Of a stretch of 64,000 bases of DNA, positions 1-12,439 are shown one piece after another (the stretch's first letter is position 1; the number at the start of each line of letters is the position of its first letter). The notes under the pieces were generated by a model. It was not told where the DNA came from, made no database searches, and saw nothing but the letters and a program-made list of their open reading frames with translations. The DNA is from Octopus bimaculoides (Eukaryota), in assembly GCF_001194135.2 (NCBI RefSeq), contig NC_068984.1, forward strand, positions 128,852,167-128,916,166, given 5' to 3'. A program made the translations under genes and the position numbers.

Positions 1-338
1 TGATTTCATATTTTTTTGTGCTCACTGCTTTAGTGTTTTCTTTTATCTTTTTTAACTTTTTAAAAACAAAATTGTTTTGTCTGGTGGAAGTGGTTGTGTT
101 CATGACCTTGGCAGGCCGTCCGAGAGTCATCGACGCAGTAAACGTTCCTCTTGAACAAAGGCAGGTTGACGGCTTCCTGACAAAATCATCTGTAGAAAGG
201 GAACGACAGAGAGACGGCGATCTGGGAAAGAGGTCTAGACTTAGTTGATAGCAGCACAAATTCCCATCTTTTATTTTCGGTTCATTAGTTTCTAATTCTT
301 CAGAAATAATCAAAGAATGAGATACGAGAGTCCCTTTC
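1..338 (-). CDS. Candidate coding exon of an unidentified host gene, running off the window edge
   Basis: Acceptor gtgttttttcAG at 339-340 on the minus strand, then about 112 stop-free codons to the window end: KGTLVSHSLIISEELETNEPKIKDGNLCCYQLSLDLFPRSPSLCRSLSTDDFVRKPSTCLCSRGTFTASMTLGRPAKVMNTTTSTRQNNFVFKKLKKIKENTKAVSTKKYEI. It is absent from the ORF track because no stop lies in the window. No family recognised. Confidence 0.45.
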
Positions 339-1204
339 CTGAAAAAACACAATCCTTGTGAATTTCACTTCAATTTCCTTTTATTATATTCTATACATGA
401 AAGCAGACCACATTATATAGGTCTTACTATTAATTTTATGACCTTTGACCTAATATCCTACGATGATGGTGGGTACAATTAGGATTACGAGAGGAGAAGG
501 AGAGACGTTCTTAAGCAGAGTAGGAACGAAACGAACCAACTTCAAGGAGCGGAGACTAGCATCATTGCGGTAGAAAAGCTAGTGAGAAGATGCGTTGCGT
601 GTGAGAGCGAGAGTTTGAAGTGATTTGTTCATGTCAGTTGGTCAGATGGTCTTATTTTATGTGGAACATGTGTGTGTAGTAGCAGTACCGTTTTAGACGT
701 GCAACAAATATTCCTTCCGTTCTGGAACTAATGATTTCAGTTTTGTACAGAGTTATTTGTACATTGTTGGGCTCTGGAATATTTTCTGGCACTGAAGAGG
801 AAAACGAAGATTTCCGATACAATTTTGGTTACGCTGAGGATGTACGCTTATCACTGATTTATGGCGTACTTCAGAGTCCTCGTTGTGAGCTGTATAAGCT
901 TAGAGATGGGTAAAGTACGATGATGTTTTCATAATTGTGTAAGTTTTTTACGCTATATATATATATATGTCCATGGACAATAGTAGCTGGTTTTAACCAA
1001 GATATAGCAGGCTCGGACAACATGCGGGATATCTAGCGGGATATTTCCTGTTTTATGCATGTCCCTGATGAGACACAAACTGCACAGATTCATGCAACAC
1101 TATTAGATGCACAAAATCCTACCCATAACGGACAGGTGATTCAGGGTGATTCAAAACGATCGTCGTACTGAATAAAGACTAGTGCCAAATCTAATTTTCC
1201 GTTT

Positions 1205-1299
1205 TCTTCTTCTTCTTCTTCTTCTTCTTCTTCTTCTTCTTCTTCTTCTTCTTCTTCTTCTTNNNNNNNNNNCTTCTTCTTCTTCTTCTTCTTCTTCTT

Positions 1300-1372
<73 letters not shown>
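1205..1372. repeat. Compound (TTC)n-(TTA)n microsatellite with a small gap
   Basis: Read directly from the sequence. Confidence 0.97.
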
Positions 1373-1375
<3 letters not shown>

Positions 1376-2107
1376 GTATAGTGTGAGTATATGCCTATAT
1401 ACACACACAAACGCACACACACAAACGCACACACACAAACGCACACACACAAACGCACACACACAAACGCACACACACAGACACAAATTAACATGCGCAG
1501 ACTCGAATATAACCACAAACACGCAATTTCACGCACACAAGTACTCGCGCGCGCGAGTACACTCACATTTAAGCATTAATATTTTAATATTGCCGGAGAA
1601 TTTTATATTAGTGGAATAATTTTACGAAACACTGGATAACCAACATCTTTCACGGCTTGCTGTCTTTGTTTCCATGCAATTACATCAGATATAGTTCTTA
1701 GGCTCTGCTAGGAATTGTATTCCGACAGCTTCAGTTGACGGCAGCCTCAATCGATCTGTTATCTCTATTGTTATAAATTCCACTCGAAGCTTTATGCTAA
1801 ATCTTCAAATCTCAGCGCCAAATGAGTTCATCGCTTAACATTTCTGAACAGAACGTTATATGCTTAACACCGGTTTTTGTGATTACACTTAGATTTTGCT
1901 TTCTTTGTTTAATGTTTTTATATGTCTTAATTTTGTCTAGAGATTTATGAATGATTTATTGTATTGTAAACGGTCCTTTGTGTACTGGGACAGTAGTTAT
2001 TTCTCGTACTAAGTTTTACATTATCTCTTCTATATCATATATTTTATATTTTATCTTTCGTTTTACTTTGTCTTATAGCATAAAATATGTTTTTAATAGG
2101 CACATAC

Positions 2108-2250
2108 GTGGCTGTGTGGTAAGCAGTTTGCTTCTCAGTCACATGATTTCGGGTTCAGTTCCACTGCATGACGCTTCGGGCAAGTGTCTTTTCTCCCAGA
2201 CCGGCCAATGCCTTGTCAATAGATTTTCTAGATGGAAACTGAAAGAATAC
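2108..2250 (+). mobile_element. tRNA-derived SINE family B, 5' half
   Basis: gtggctgtgtggtaagcagtttgctt...gggttcagttccactg...gggcaagtgtctt has Pol III A- and B-box-like motifs; the same head occurs at 20941, 22615(-), 61985 and 63130(-). Confidence 0.85.
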
Positions 2251-3181
2251 TGTCGTATACATATTGCTACGGCTAGACAGGGAGCAATAGACACCCTTGC
2301 ACACAGTATACGGACACAGAACATGTGTAGGTAGCCAGCTGGAAAATATGCTTTCCTTGGGCTAAAAAGTAGTAACATCATCCTGCGTAGGACTGTCACG
2401 TTGCGTTGGCAAATAGACTCTACGGTACGATACTTTTACTACATATTTCTTGCTCAGAGATTTAAAACTAGTTGTTTTTCTCTTTACGAGATCAGTGATT
2501 GTGTGTCGCTTTAAAAGTATATACTGTGAGCAAGAGCGAGAGGCTGCTATCTCTAACCAACAGTTGTCCTGTACCAACAATATCTACAGCAACCCATCTT
2601 TGATCGCTGTTATAGCATATGAACTGCTTAATCAGGCTCGGCCTGTGGTTAAACAAGTTAACATCTTCATTTACAGGCCCTTCACAATCCAAACTACTGC
2701 TAGCTGTTCATAAAAATATTTCCTCTTGTTATCAATGATGTTTCCATGTTGTACATAGAAGGAAAACGCAAATGGTTGCTTGCTAAAAAAAACAAAAAAA
2801 CAATAACAGCAACACGCATTTAAAGTAAATAATGCTAAAAACAAAATTTCCTTTCAGCCTAGAATACTTCGAGTGCATACGAAAAAAGTTAGAAACAATC
2901 GCTAAGTAATCTACAAAAGAAAAAAAAAACTCCTTTCCTAAAAGAAGTTTTGATAAAAAGAATTCAACACCATTCAAAGATGATGATGGTGACGATGATA
3001 ATCATTCGTAAATTAAGCACAAGGTGGAGAGCAACGACCGATAATGCCAGTCTCATTACTTGACTGATACTGTAGTTCATCATCCCATGAAGAAGGAAAT
3101 TCAAATTTGTCCTTGAAGGCGGAAGTGTTAGATTTGCATTTACACCGTAAAGGGCTAGAACAAACATCGCAAGAAATTTTG

Positions 3182-3228
<47 letters not shown>

Positions 3229-3235
3229 CCTTTCT

Positions 3236-3441
3236 ATTAAAGGCACAAGGCCTTAAATTTTGAAGGAGGGGTAAGTCGATTACATCGACCCCAGTGTTCA
3301 ACTGGTACTTATTTTATCGACAACGAAAAGATGAAAGGCAAAGTCGACTTCGACGAAATTTGAAGTCAGAACTTAAAGACGAATGAAATGCCGCTAAGCA
3401 TTTTTTATCCGACGTGTTAACGATTCTGCCATCTCGCCGCC
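3236..3441 (-). mobile_element. tRNA-derived SINE family A, near full length
   Basis: The reverse complement starts ggcggcgagatggcagaatcgttaacacg and contains gtcgactttgcctttcatc and aataagtaccag...ctggggtcgatgtaatcgac. It abuts a (TTA)n tract at 3183-3228. Confidence 0.9.
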
Positions 3442-3632
3442 TTAATAATAATAATGATAATAATGAGTAGGAGTAGGAGTAAGAGGAGGAGGAGGAGGAG
3501 GAGGAGGAGGAGTAAAAGAAGAAGAAGAAGAAGAACAACAACAACAACAACAATAACTATTATTATTGTCATTATTATTGAGTGAGAGAGCAGCGCATAC
3601 CATCACATACATAAATAGATGCACACATACAT

Positions 3633-3664
<32 letters not shown>

Positions 3665-4026
3665 GATATATGTACATACATACATACACACACATACATG
3701 TGCGCGCGCGCGCGTTTATTCGTTCTGCAAGATTTTCACTGTAGGCTGTATCTTGAAACAGATTCCTGTTGCCTTTTGAAGGATCATTCCACCAGTAAAA
3801 ACGCATAGGAGGGTTATACTTGTTGTTTGTTGTTAACTAATTCATGAATTATTGATTAGTTGGAAATGTGTAAAAAAAGCAAATTCCTCATATATAATAT
3901 ATCTGTGACTGTCTCAATTCACTTACTTTATTTGTATGATACTAAGCATAACCTTTATTGACAAGCATATGTATGAGTATGTTTTCTGAAGTAGTGTTCT
4001 CTTTGCCATCAGCGATTTTCACTTAC

Positions 4027-4100
4027 TTGCTAGCTTGGCTAAAGTTTTCAACATTCCATCATTTTTTTCGTTTTTCATTTTGCAAGAATTTAGCATAAAA
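4027..4100 (-). CDS. Candidate 74-nt internal exon (phase 2 to 1)
   Basis: Acceptor ctctttcaacacAG, open frame FMLNSCKMKNEKNDGMLKTLAKLA, and a consensus donor GTAAGT at 4021-4026. Confidence 0.35.
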
Positions 4101-4704
4101 CTGTGTTGAAAGAGATTTCTTTGTACATATTTTCACATGTATTTTATTTGACTTTTACATTTCAGTATTGGTTTTTACGTGTTTTTATAAAATTTTTATG
4201 CTTTTAAAAATGTTTGTTGAGCTCGACGTAAAGTCGGATAAATCGACTCACATTGAGCTTGGTTTTTTGTCCATTAATTTCTTTAAAAAAAAAAACGAAA
4301 GCGTAAAAAGAAAACGATTCGAATCGACGCAAGTTGAGTTGTACCTGTCGTTTGAAGTGAACGTTCTACCACAAGAAAACGGACGCGCTGGTTATAGTTA
4401 ATTTCTTTATTGTTAATGAATACATTAACAACTGATCATTGAGCAAAAACGAATACAAAACAAAACGGAATGAAATGCTGAAAGCTCTAGCCAAATTGGC
4501 AAGGAAGTGAAAGAAACCCACTGGTTTAAAGACATTCACTGCATAAGAAATCACAAGTAAACTAAAAGAAAGCATCAGGGACTAGCAAACATGAATTATA
4601 AAATCAAAGCATACTTTCCCCTGTCTGTCTGTCTCTCTCTCCCCCCCTCTCTCTCTCTCTATCTCTATCGCTATCACTCAGATGCCTCGTATCTCTCTCA
4701 GATG

Positions 4705-4752
<48 letters not shown>

Positions 4753-5575
4753 TGTACATATACTCACGCGATAACATGAAAACACCACACAAGTACTTGA
4801 CTGCGTACAAAAGCGTTTAGCAACGTTGTATTGACAAACAGAAGAAAATTACAATAGATGCGAAAAGGAGGTCAGTTGAGAAGGTCAAGAATGTAAGTGC
4901 AATGAAGGTCAAGAATATAAGTGCAATATAAAACAATTTTGACAAGCCAAATAAATTAATGCATATGTTTTCTTATTGACAGATTCACCCAAATTACAGC
5001 TATACAACTAACCACACACATACATACATACCTACATACATACATATATACATACATACATACATACATACATACATGCATACATAATGCATACATACAT
5101 ACGTATATATATATATATATATATGAGAAAAAAGCGAGAAGGAGAATTTCGATTATCCCCATGTGGTGAGTTGTAATGCAAAAAATAAAAAAAATATATA
5201 AAATAAAAGAAGGAAAATGCACGCAGTTTACCTAGTTTTAATATATTTTAAATATATTTTTACAAGTGAAAGAGTATTGTGTTTGTTGACCGGTTTCGCT
5301 TTCGCTAATCATGACATTGAAATTATTGTAATTTCGTATTTTCTTAAGAAGAATTTAGTCCATGTTGTGTACAGGAGTTTGTAAATGAAATGAATCAACA
5401 AGTAGAAAACTCTATGGGGAGGTAATTGGTGATCGTTATTATTCGGGACAGGGTAAATAATTGCTCATATTTTGGGAATGGGATAAAAAAAATATCCCAA
5501 AACGCAAAAGCTAAAGGAGTGAGACGAAGTATATACATTGATGAGTATGAGAACATGAATTAAAATATTTGGTGA

Positions 5576-5614
<39 letters not shown>

Positions 5615-6135
5615 GCAGTTAGATATATGCCCAATCAGAGAGTGACCAATGGTTCCGCATCCATAAAGCGATTAGCTTTATAGGCGACTCGTCAGACTCT
5701 AATTTGAGGTAGAAAACCGTTATCTTGCTAATAACCCCTCGCCTACTTATTCTCACTCAGTACATTTCTGTCTCTCACTCTCCTTTCACAATCTTGTGAG
5801 CAATACCTGCGCAGTCACCCTCTCCAATCCCTGGTTCACATCCCTATATACACTTTCCTGTAAATTGGGTATACGTCCGGTCACATATTCATGATCTTAT
5901 CCCTTTGCTCTCTATCTCACCGCTCTCTCTCTCTCTCTCTCTCTTCACTTTTACCATTCTCTCTCATTCTCCCCCTCTCTCTCTTTCTCTCTCTTTCTCC
6001 CCCTCGCTCTCTCCACCTGAAATGAATAAGAATATGCACTTTGCTTACAAAATGATGTTCCCTTCAAGGTGGGATCCCAGCATGGCCGCAACCCAGTGAC
6101 TAAAACAAGTAAGCGATCAAACATAAAATATATCC

Positions 6136-6137
<2 letters not shown>

Positions 6138-6186
<49 letters not shown>

Positions 6187-6211
6187 CCTATCTATCTATC
6201 TATCTATCTAC

Positions 6212-6259
<48 letters not shown>

Positions 6260-6262
6260 ATC
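6138..6262. repeat. (TATC)n tetranucleotide array; similar (TATC)/(TGTC) arrays at 6928-7200, 17007-17235 and 30168-30270
   Basis: Read directly; these arrays generate the IYLS-repeat ORFs. Confidence 0.97.
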
Positions 6263-6925
6263 TTTTATGTGTATGTGTGTGTGCGTGCTCGTGTATGTAT
6301 GTATGTACGCTCACTTGTGTCTATATACACATGCACAAATGTTGAATAGATTTTTCAATCATGTAGAAAGCATGATTAAATCTAACTTTCAGATTTTCCT
6401 TTAAGCTTTTCACGTTCAAGAATCTTTTATTGTATTACTGAAATTATTCCTTTAAGAATTCTCGCAAACCTCTCTGCTTGCCTTGTTCAACACGCTTTAT
6501 ACTGCAGATTTATATTCATGTCTTGGTTCTCCTAGTTTGAATGTATATCGGCTGTCGGCTGCTGACGTCAAAATTCTTCATAGTGCGTAAAAATATAAAA
6601 CAATCTCCCTGGGGTTATTGTTGTGATGCAGTATGAAACTGTTTGTATTCAGGGTGTTATAAGGATATGAAATGTTTTCTCTTTGATTACAATAATATGT
6701 GGTTAGAATTTGGTGGATGATTTGGGTGATAGTCCCAAGGTTTTCCTTGATAGAATTTTATAGATTCGTAAAATGTTCCGTCGTTCTTGTTGCTGCTGCT
6801 GCTGATGATGATGATGACTTCGATGCTATTCATGTTGCTGTGGATTTTTCTAGTATATCATTTGGGAATATGTATGTGCAGAAAATTAAGGTTTTTTTCA
6901 AGCATCGTTACGGAATAAAGAATTT

Positions 6926-6980
<55 letters not shown>

Positions 6981-7699
6981 GTCTATCTATCTATCTATCT
7001 GTCTTTCTGTCTGTCTATCTGTCTGTCTGTCTGTCTGTATGTATGTCTGTCTGTCTGTCTGTCTGTCTGTATGTATGTCTGTCTGTCTGTCTATCCGTCT
7101 GTCCTTCCGTCTGTCCGTCCGTCCGTCCATCCGTCTGTCTGTCTGCCTGTCTGTCTGTCCTTTTGTTTATCTATCTGTCTGATTGTCTGTCTATCTGTAT
7201 GCATGCATGTATGCATGTATAAAGCATTCTGTATATCCAATTTGATGCACGTCCCGAGATAGCAGTTCGTATGAACGTATAGTGTTAAAAAGCACAGAAA
7301 TATACTAGTAGCAGACGAAACGCGTCTCAGAGCAGTTTACTATATATNNNNNNNNNNNNNNNNNNNNNNNNNNNNNNNNNNNNNNNNNNNNNNNNNNNNN
7401 NNNNNNNNNNNNNNNNNNNNNNNNNNNNNNNNNNNNNNNNNNNNNNNNNNNNNNNNNNNNNNNNNNNNNNNNNNNNNNNNNNNNNNNNNNNNNNNNNNNN
7501 NNNNNNNNNNNNNNNNNNNNNNNNNNNNNNNNNNNNNNNNNNNNNNNNNNNNNNNNNNNNNNNNNNNNNNNNNNNNNNNNNNNNNNNNNNNNNNNNNNNN
7601 NNNNNNNNNNNNNNNNNNNNNNNNNNNNNNNNNNNNNNNNNNNNNNNNNNNNNNNNNNNNNNNNNNNNNNNNNNNNNNNNNNNNNNNNNNNNNNNNNNN

Positions 7700-7915
7700 T
7701 ACCTAATGATTAGGTATATTGAAAATCTTAAAAAGGATGCAACTACTTCGGATAGTCCAATATACCTAATCATTAGGTATTGACTAATTTCATTATCATT
7801 GTTTATTTGAACAGCAACTTGATCATTTTCTTTCAGCGCGTAGTTGATCACGTACTTAATTTAACTCACTGACGCAACGATTTCAACGTCGCAGTGGCAT
7901 TTGAATGGCGCTAGT
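7700..7915 (-). mobile_element. Helitron Rep/helicase fragment (decayed)
   Basis: Translation APFKCHCDVEIVASVS*IKYVINYALKENDQVAV...NEISQYLMIRYIGLSEVVASFLRF resembles the Helitron Rep region F.CHINVE.C.S...IKY..KY..KG.D...DEI..Y...RY.S..EA.WR..F. It has an in-frame stop and is truncated at a gap. Confidence 0.7.
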
Positions 7916-7989
7916 CCGGCCTCTCCTCAGTTCAAGGATTTGAACAAAGTTGACTCGAACATCGGGACCAACTTCGTGCAAACATGAAG

Positions 7990-8261
7990 GCACGATGGCA
8001 AAATGCTGCTCCTCTAAATGAAAACCTTACCTGTCATTATGGTTTTGTGGCACGAAGCAAAAGCATGATTGCCGCCCACTCAAGAAAATACAGAGCAAAT
8101 GATCCACAAGCACTCGAGCAAACTGAGTCCTCAACTTATTCCATTTGCCAAAAGGTTTGCAAGGCACCAACAGGCCTCAAGAGACAGATTTGTGTCGATG
8201 GAGCATGATTACCTCTTATTTTACTGAACCCTCATTTGTCGTTCACGACGAGGGGAATTCG

Positions 8262-8310
<49 letters not shown>
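7990..8310 (+). mobile_element. LINE 3' end (RTE/RTE-X-like) with a (CA)n tail
   Basis: Two degenerate C2H2-like segments (LTCHYGFVARSKSMIAAHSRK and YSICQKVCKAPTGLKR), then a short 3' UTR ending gtcgttcacgacgaggggaattcgt directly into (CA)n. Confidence 0.45.
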
Positions 8311-8313
<3 letters not shown>

Positions 8314-9503
8314 TATATATGATGAAACAAAGTCAACCAATGCTAAAGCTGTTAGAACCAATAATATCAGTAACTACTACCACGTAGATTTTGTAAGGAA
8401 AAACATCTGAAACATCAAGAGACATTAATTTAATTTAATTCAGTTTAACTGTTTAAGTTCCTTTGTATTATAGCTGGACTAAATCATCATAAATAATTGA
8501 AACCGATATCATATGGAGATAATTTGTAGGTAATTTCTTCCTTGTATTCATGAGAAATTTCTCAAGTATTTCATCAAGTATTTTATCAGTGCGCGCGCAC
8601 GCACACACACACATATACGCACATACACGCTCATACAAACACACATTTAAACAAACACACGCACATATACGCACACTTAGACAAACACACGCACATATAC
8701 ACACTCATACAAACACATGTACACACGAATACACACGCATGTACACACACATAAAAACACACATTCACACAGTCATACAAATACACACATATGCACATAC
8801 GCACATACAAATACACACACATACTCATACACACACATATTGGGCAGTAATTCTAAATTGTTTTCATTGACTGATTGAATCTCTACTTTTTTAACCAACA
8901 TTTCTTTAGCTGTTCACTAGTTAATGCAGTCATGAAATTTTGTGTTGATAAGAATTTAGACAGACAGGACTGCAATTTCTCTAACCGCTGTTCTAAACGA
9001 AGAAGTAATTCTTAAATTAATTTCTTCAAATCCAAACCAGAGAACAGTTCCTGGCGTTCTTTTAATACACCAGAATTATTTAGCTAAAAAATTGGTTCTG
9101 GTACAAAAGGTGGTAAATTCGACAGAATCGTTCGATTTTTAGATAGTATGCTGAAGAGTGTCTCTACCGACACTCTGCCATCTAACCACCAGGCAGATTG
9201 GGCAGAGTCATTAGATTAGTGGCTAGAATGTTTAGCAGCATTTGTTTTGATGATCTATGCATTGTATTCAAATCCCATCGAGGCAAACCTTCGCTTTCAC
9301 TGTTTCGGGTGTTAATAATAAAATAGAAAAAAAAAAAAAAATCCGAATAAACAAACGTACTATTCCAGGACGATGGTTTGACCGTATTGATAGAACAGCA
9401 GACACAATGTTTTTCGGCGTCTTTTCCGGATGAGTCCTTTCCGAATTCAAATCCTACCTCGTCACCGAAAGACGGNNNNNNNNNNNNNNNNNNNNNNNNN
9501 NNN

Positions 9504-9551
<48 letters not shown>

Positions 9552-9677
9552 TATCACCACAACCAACACCACTACCGCCGCCCCCTTTAAACATATGTGG
9601 GAGATTATTGTTTCACAGTAGTTTCTATTTGTAGTTCAAATATTCATTTCAAGAGGCATTGTACATCCTAAGCGTTA

Positions 9678-9895
9678 GGCGGCGAGTTAGCAGAATCGTT
9701 AGCGCGTCAAACAAAATGCTCAGTGGTATTTCTTTTGGTTCTTTATTTTCTGAGTTCAAATTCCGCCGAGGTTGACGTTTGACTTTCATCTTTTCGGGGT
9801 CAATAAAATGAAGTATCAGTCAAGTGCTGGTGTCGATGTGATCGATTTCCCAATCCCCACAAAATTGCTGGCATTGTGCCTAAGTTGGAAAGAAT
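9678..9895 (+). mobile_element. SINE family A, full length
   Basis: ggcggcgagttagcagaatcgttagcgcg...ctgagttcaaattccgccgagg...gtgcctaagttggaaag. Confidence 0.9.
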
Positions 9896-11239
9896 TGTAT
9901 AAATCGCAGTGATGCTGCAGAATTTAAATAGCTAGATATAAACACGGCCTCATTGAATCAATGTCAGCTTTTAATTTGAATGGCAGTAATGATATTGAAG
10001 CTGTCAGTTGAGTAGATTAAGGTATATCAACTGAGCAATTAAACACCTTCTCAACAACTGAGTATGTGAGATATTTCGTCTTATGTGGCAAGGACATTGC
10101 TGATAAACGTGACATGTTTGTAGTTCTAAGGAAGATTGATTATACAGTTCAGAGTCGAATATAGTTAATGAAGAACAAAAATAAGAACCGTTGAATTAGT
10201 TGTGACAGTTTCAAATAATTTAAACCTCCAAGAATTAATGATGTCATTTTATTTGGTATCCTGTCAAGATAACGAGAGAGGAAATAATTATATCTCACCG
10301 TCGAAGATTGGTGTTGATTCTCAACTTAGTTTCAATCAAGTTTCAGCGAAAAAAATTTTGGAAAAAGTTTAAGAAGCAGTCTTCAAACTGAGGTATGTAT
10401 GCGCGTAGGAGTGCGCAAGAGAAATTGTAAAGCTAGGCGTCGTTTGCAAAAAACAATGGAACTTTAAGGAAGGTGAGCAGCTAAACACAGCTCTTATGTC
10501 GAGGAAATGTGTGGAGAACCTGTTATTGTTCTCATCCACTTGTGAACAAATGCTTTAGTAGTGTTTATAAACAGAAGCAAATTTCTCAATCGAGAATGAT
10601 ATGCAGGTATGCTTCACTGAAACTGTAAAATTAAATAGAATGAAATTTCCTGTGAGACCAGATACTTTGGCAGTCAATTATATCGACCCCAGTATTTGAC
10701 TGGTACTTTATGTTACTAACTTTGGTTGACCGTGGTGGAATTTGAACACTTTAAATTAAATTCAATTAAATTATTAACAAACAGTACATTTCTATTGAGT
10801 GGCTCATGGTATACAACGATCTTTCACTATATTCTTTATACGTAGAGTACACCAACATTGCTGGACACGAAGAAAGTTTGCGAATATCTGGATTAAAGGA
10901 AAAGAATAAATTGTATAGACTTACAAAAAGTCTCCATATTTAAGACGAATTATGCTTCATACACTCCATATTTGGGATATTTGGCACAATTTATGGACAA
11001 ATTTCAAACATGTAATAATAAATTAGACCTTTCTAAATTCTAAAATATGTTATAGTGTATAAGCTGTGATGGAACCTGATGCGCTTGGATAACATGTAAA
11101 TAGACAACGATGTATCTTTCGCTTCAAATATAATATATATCTGTATATATACATACATATATATATGTGAAAAATCCAATAAGAGGTACGAATATTAATA
11201 ATGATTTCAAATTTTGGCAGAAAGCTAGTAATTTCGGAG

Positions 11240-11431
11240 AGAGGAAAGGGAAGGGTCTAAGGATTACATTGACCCAAGTACCCAACTGGTACCTATTCTT
11301 TTCGACTCCCGGATGCTTGAAAGGCAAAGTCGACCTCGGCGAAACTCGAATTCACTACGCAAAGACAGACGAAACTCCGCGAAGCAACTTAACCTTGTCC
11401 GGCCCGCTAACAATTCTGCCAGTTCACCGCT
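11240..11431 (-). mobile_element. SINE family A
   Basis: Reverse-complement match to the family A head and body. Confidence 0.85.
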
Positions 11432-11471
11432 TTACACATATTAAAATTGAACACACTCACACACAAAAACA

Positions 11472-11516
<45 letters not shown>

Positions 11517-11555
11517 TTCAACTGAAAAGGGATTATTATTTACTTGTGTGTTAAT

Positions 11556-11770
11556 GGCGGCAGGCTGGCAAAGCCGTTAGCATTCCGTGCAAAATGTTTA
11601 GCAGCCTTTCGCCTGTCTTTCCGTTATGAGTGCAAATTCCGCCAAGGCCGACTTTGCTTTTCATCCTTTCGCATCGATAAAATAAGTATCAGTCAAATAC
11701 TGGGGTGAATGCAATCGATTTTTCCTGCCCTCAAAAACCGCTGGACCTGTGCCAAAATTTGAAACCATTA
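11556..11770 (+). mobile_element. SINE family A
   Basis: ggcggcaggctggcaaagccgttagc...gactttgcttttcatcctttc...gtgccaaaatttgaaacc. Confidence 0.88.
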
Positions 11771-12342
11771 ATTACTAGCGTGTTTACAATAAATTTTTAG
11801 CGGACAGAGAATTAAAAATAAACCATCGGTTTATTCTAGACTCTAGAATATTATCCAGTCAATAAAGTGATGCATAATAGAACTATTTACAACAAAAATG
11901 ATATCACATCTGTAGAAGACGTATTTCTCTTTATTAGCTCTGTGTGGAAAAGACTATTGAGAAATAGCCATAACGGTTTGTTTTTATCCAGCCAATATAA
12001 GAAAACTAATATTGTGTTCATGTATCGATGGTCATTGGCGATATTATTGATTAAATAATGCACAATTATCCGTCTTAGGTATTTTCAGGAAACAATTTCT
12101 GTCATGCTGCATAGATTTCAAATTTAACAAAGAATATATTAGAAATACATTATTTTAAGCTAATTTAAATATTAATGAACCTAGGCATAAAATACTGAAG
12201 CTAAATGCAACGACCCACTTAACGGATTTAAATACGATTTAAAATTGTCATAAACGTTTTGATTAAATTGACTTTACATTTGATTAAATTTTCAAAATTC
12301 TAGTTATTTCTCTCTGTCAATGAAATATAACTCTCATTACTG

Positions 12343-12439
<97 letters not shown>

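Noticed and set aside
680-800. Minus-strand exon candidate PENIPEPNNVQITLYKTEIISSRTEGIFVARLK
   Set aside because: Good acceptor but a weak donor (GTACTG), and phase-incompatible with the 1123-1167 candidate; it cannot be supported without transcripts.
2362-2790. Overlapping 66-87-aa ORFs on both strands after a strong minus-strand acceptor
   Set aside because: All frames from the acceptor stop early, with no recognisable domain and no convincing donor.
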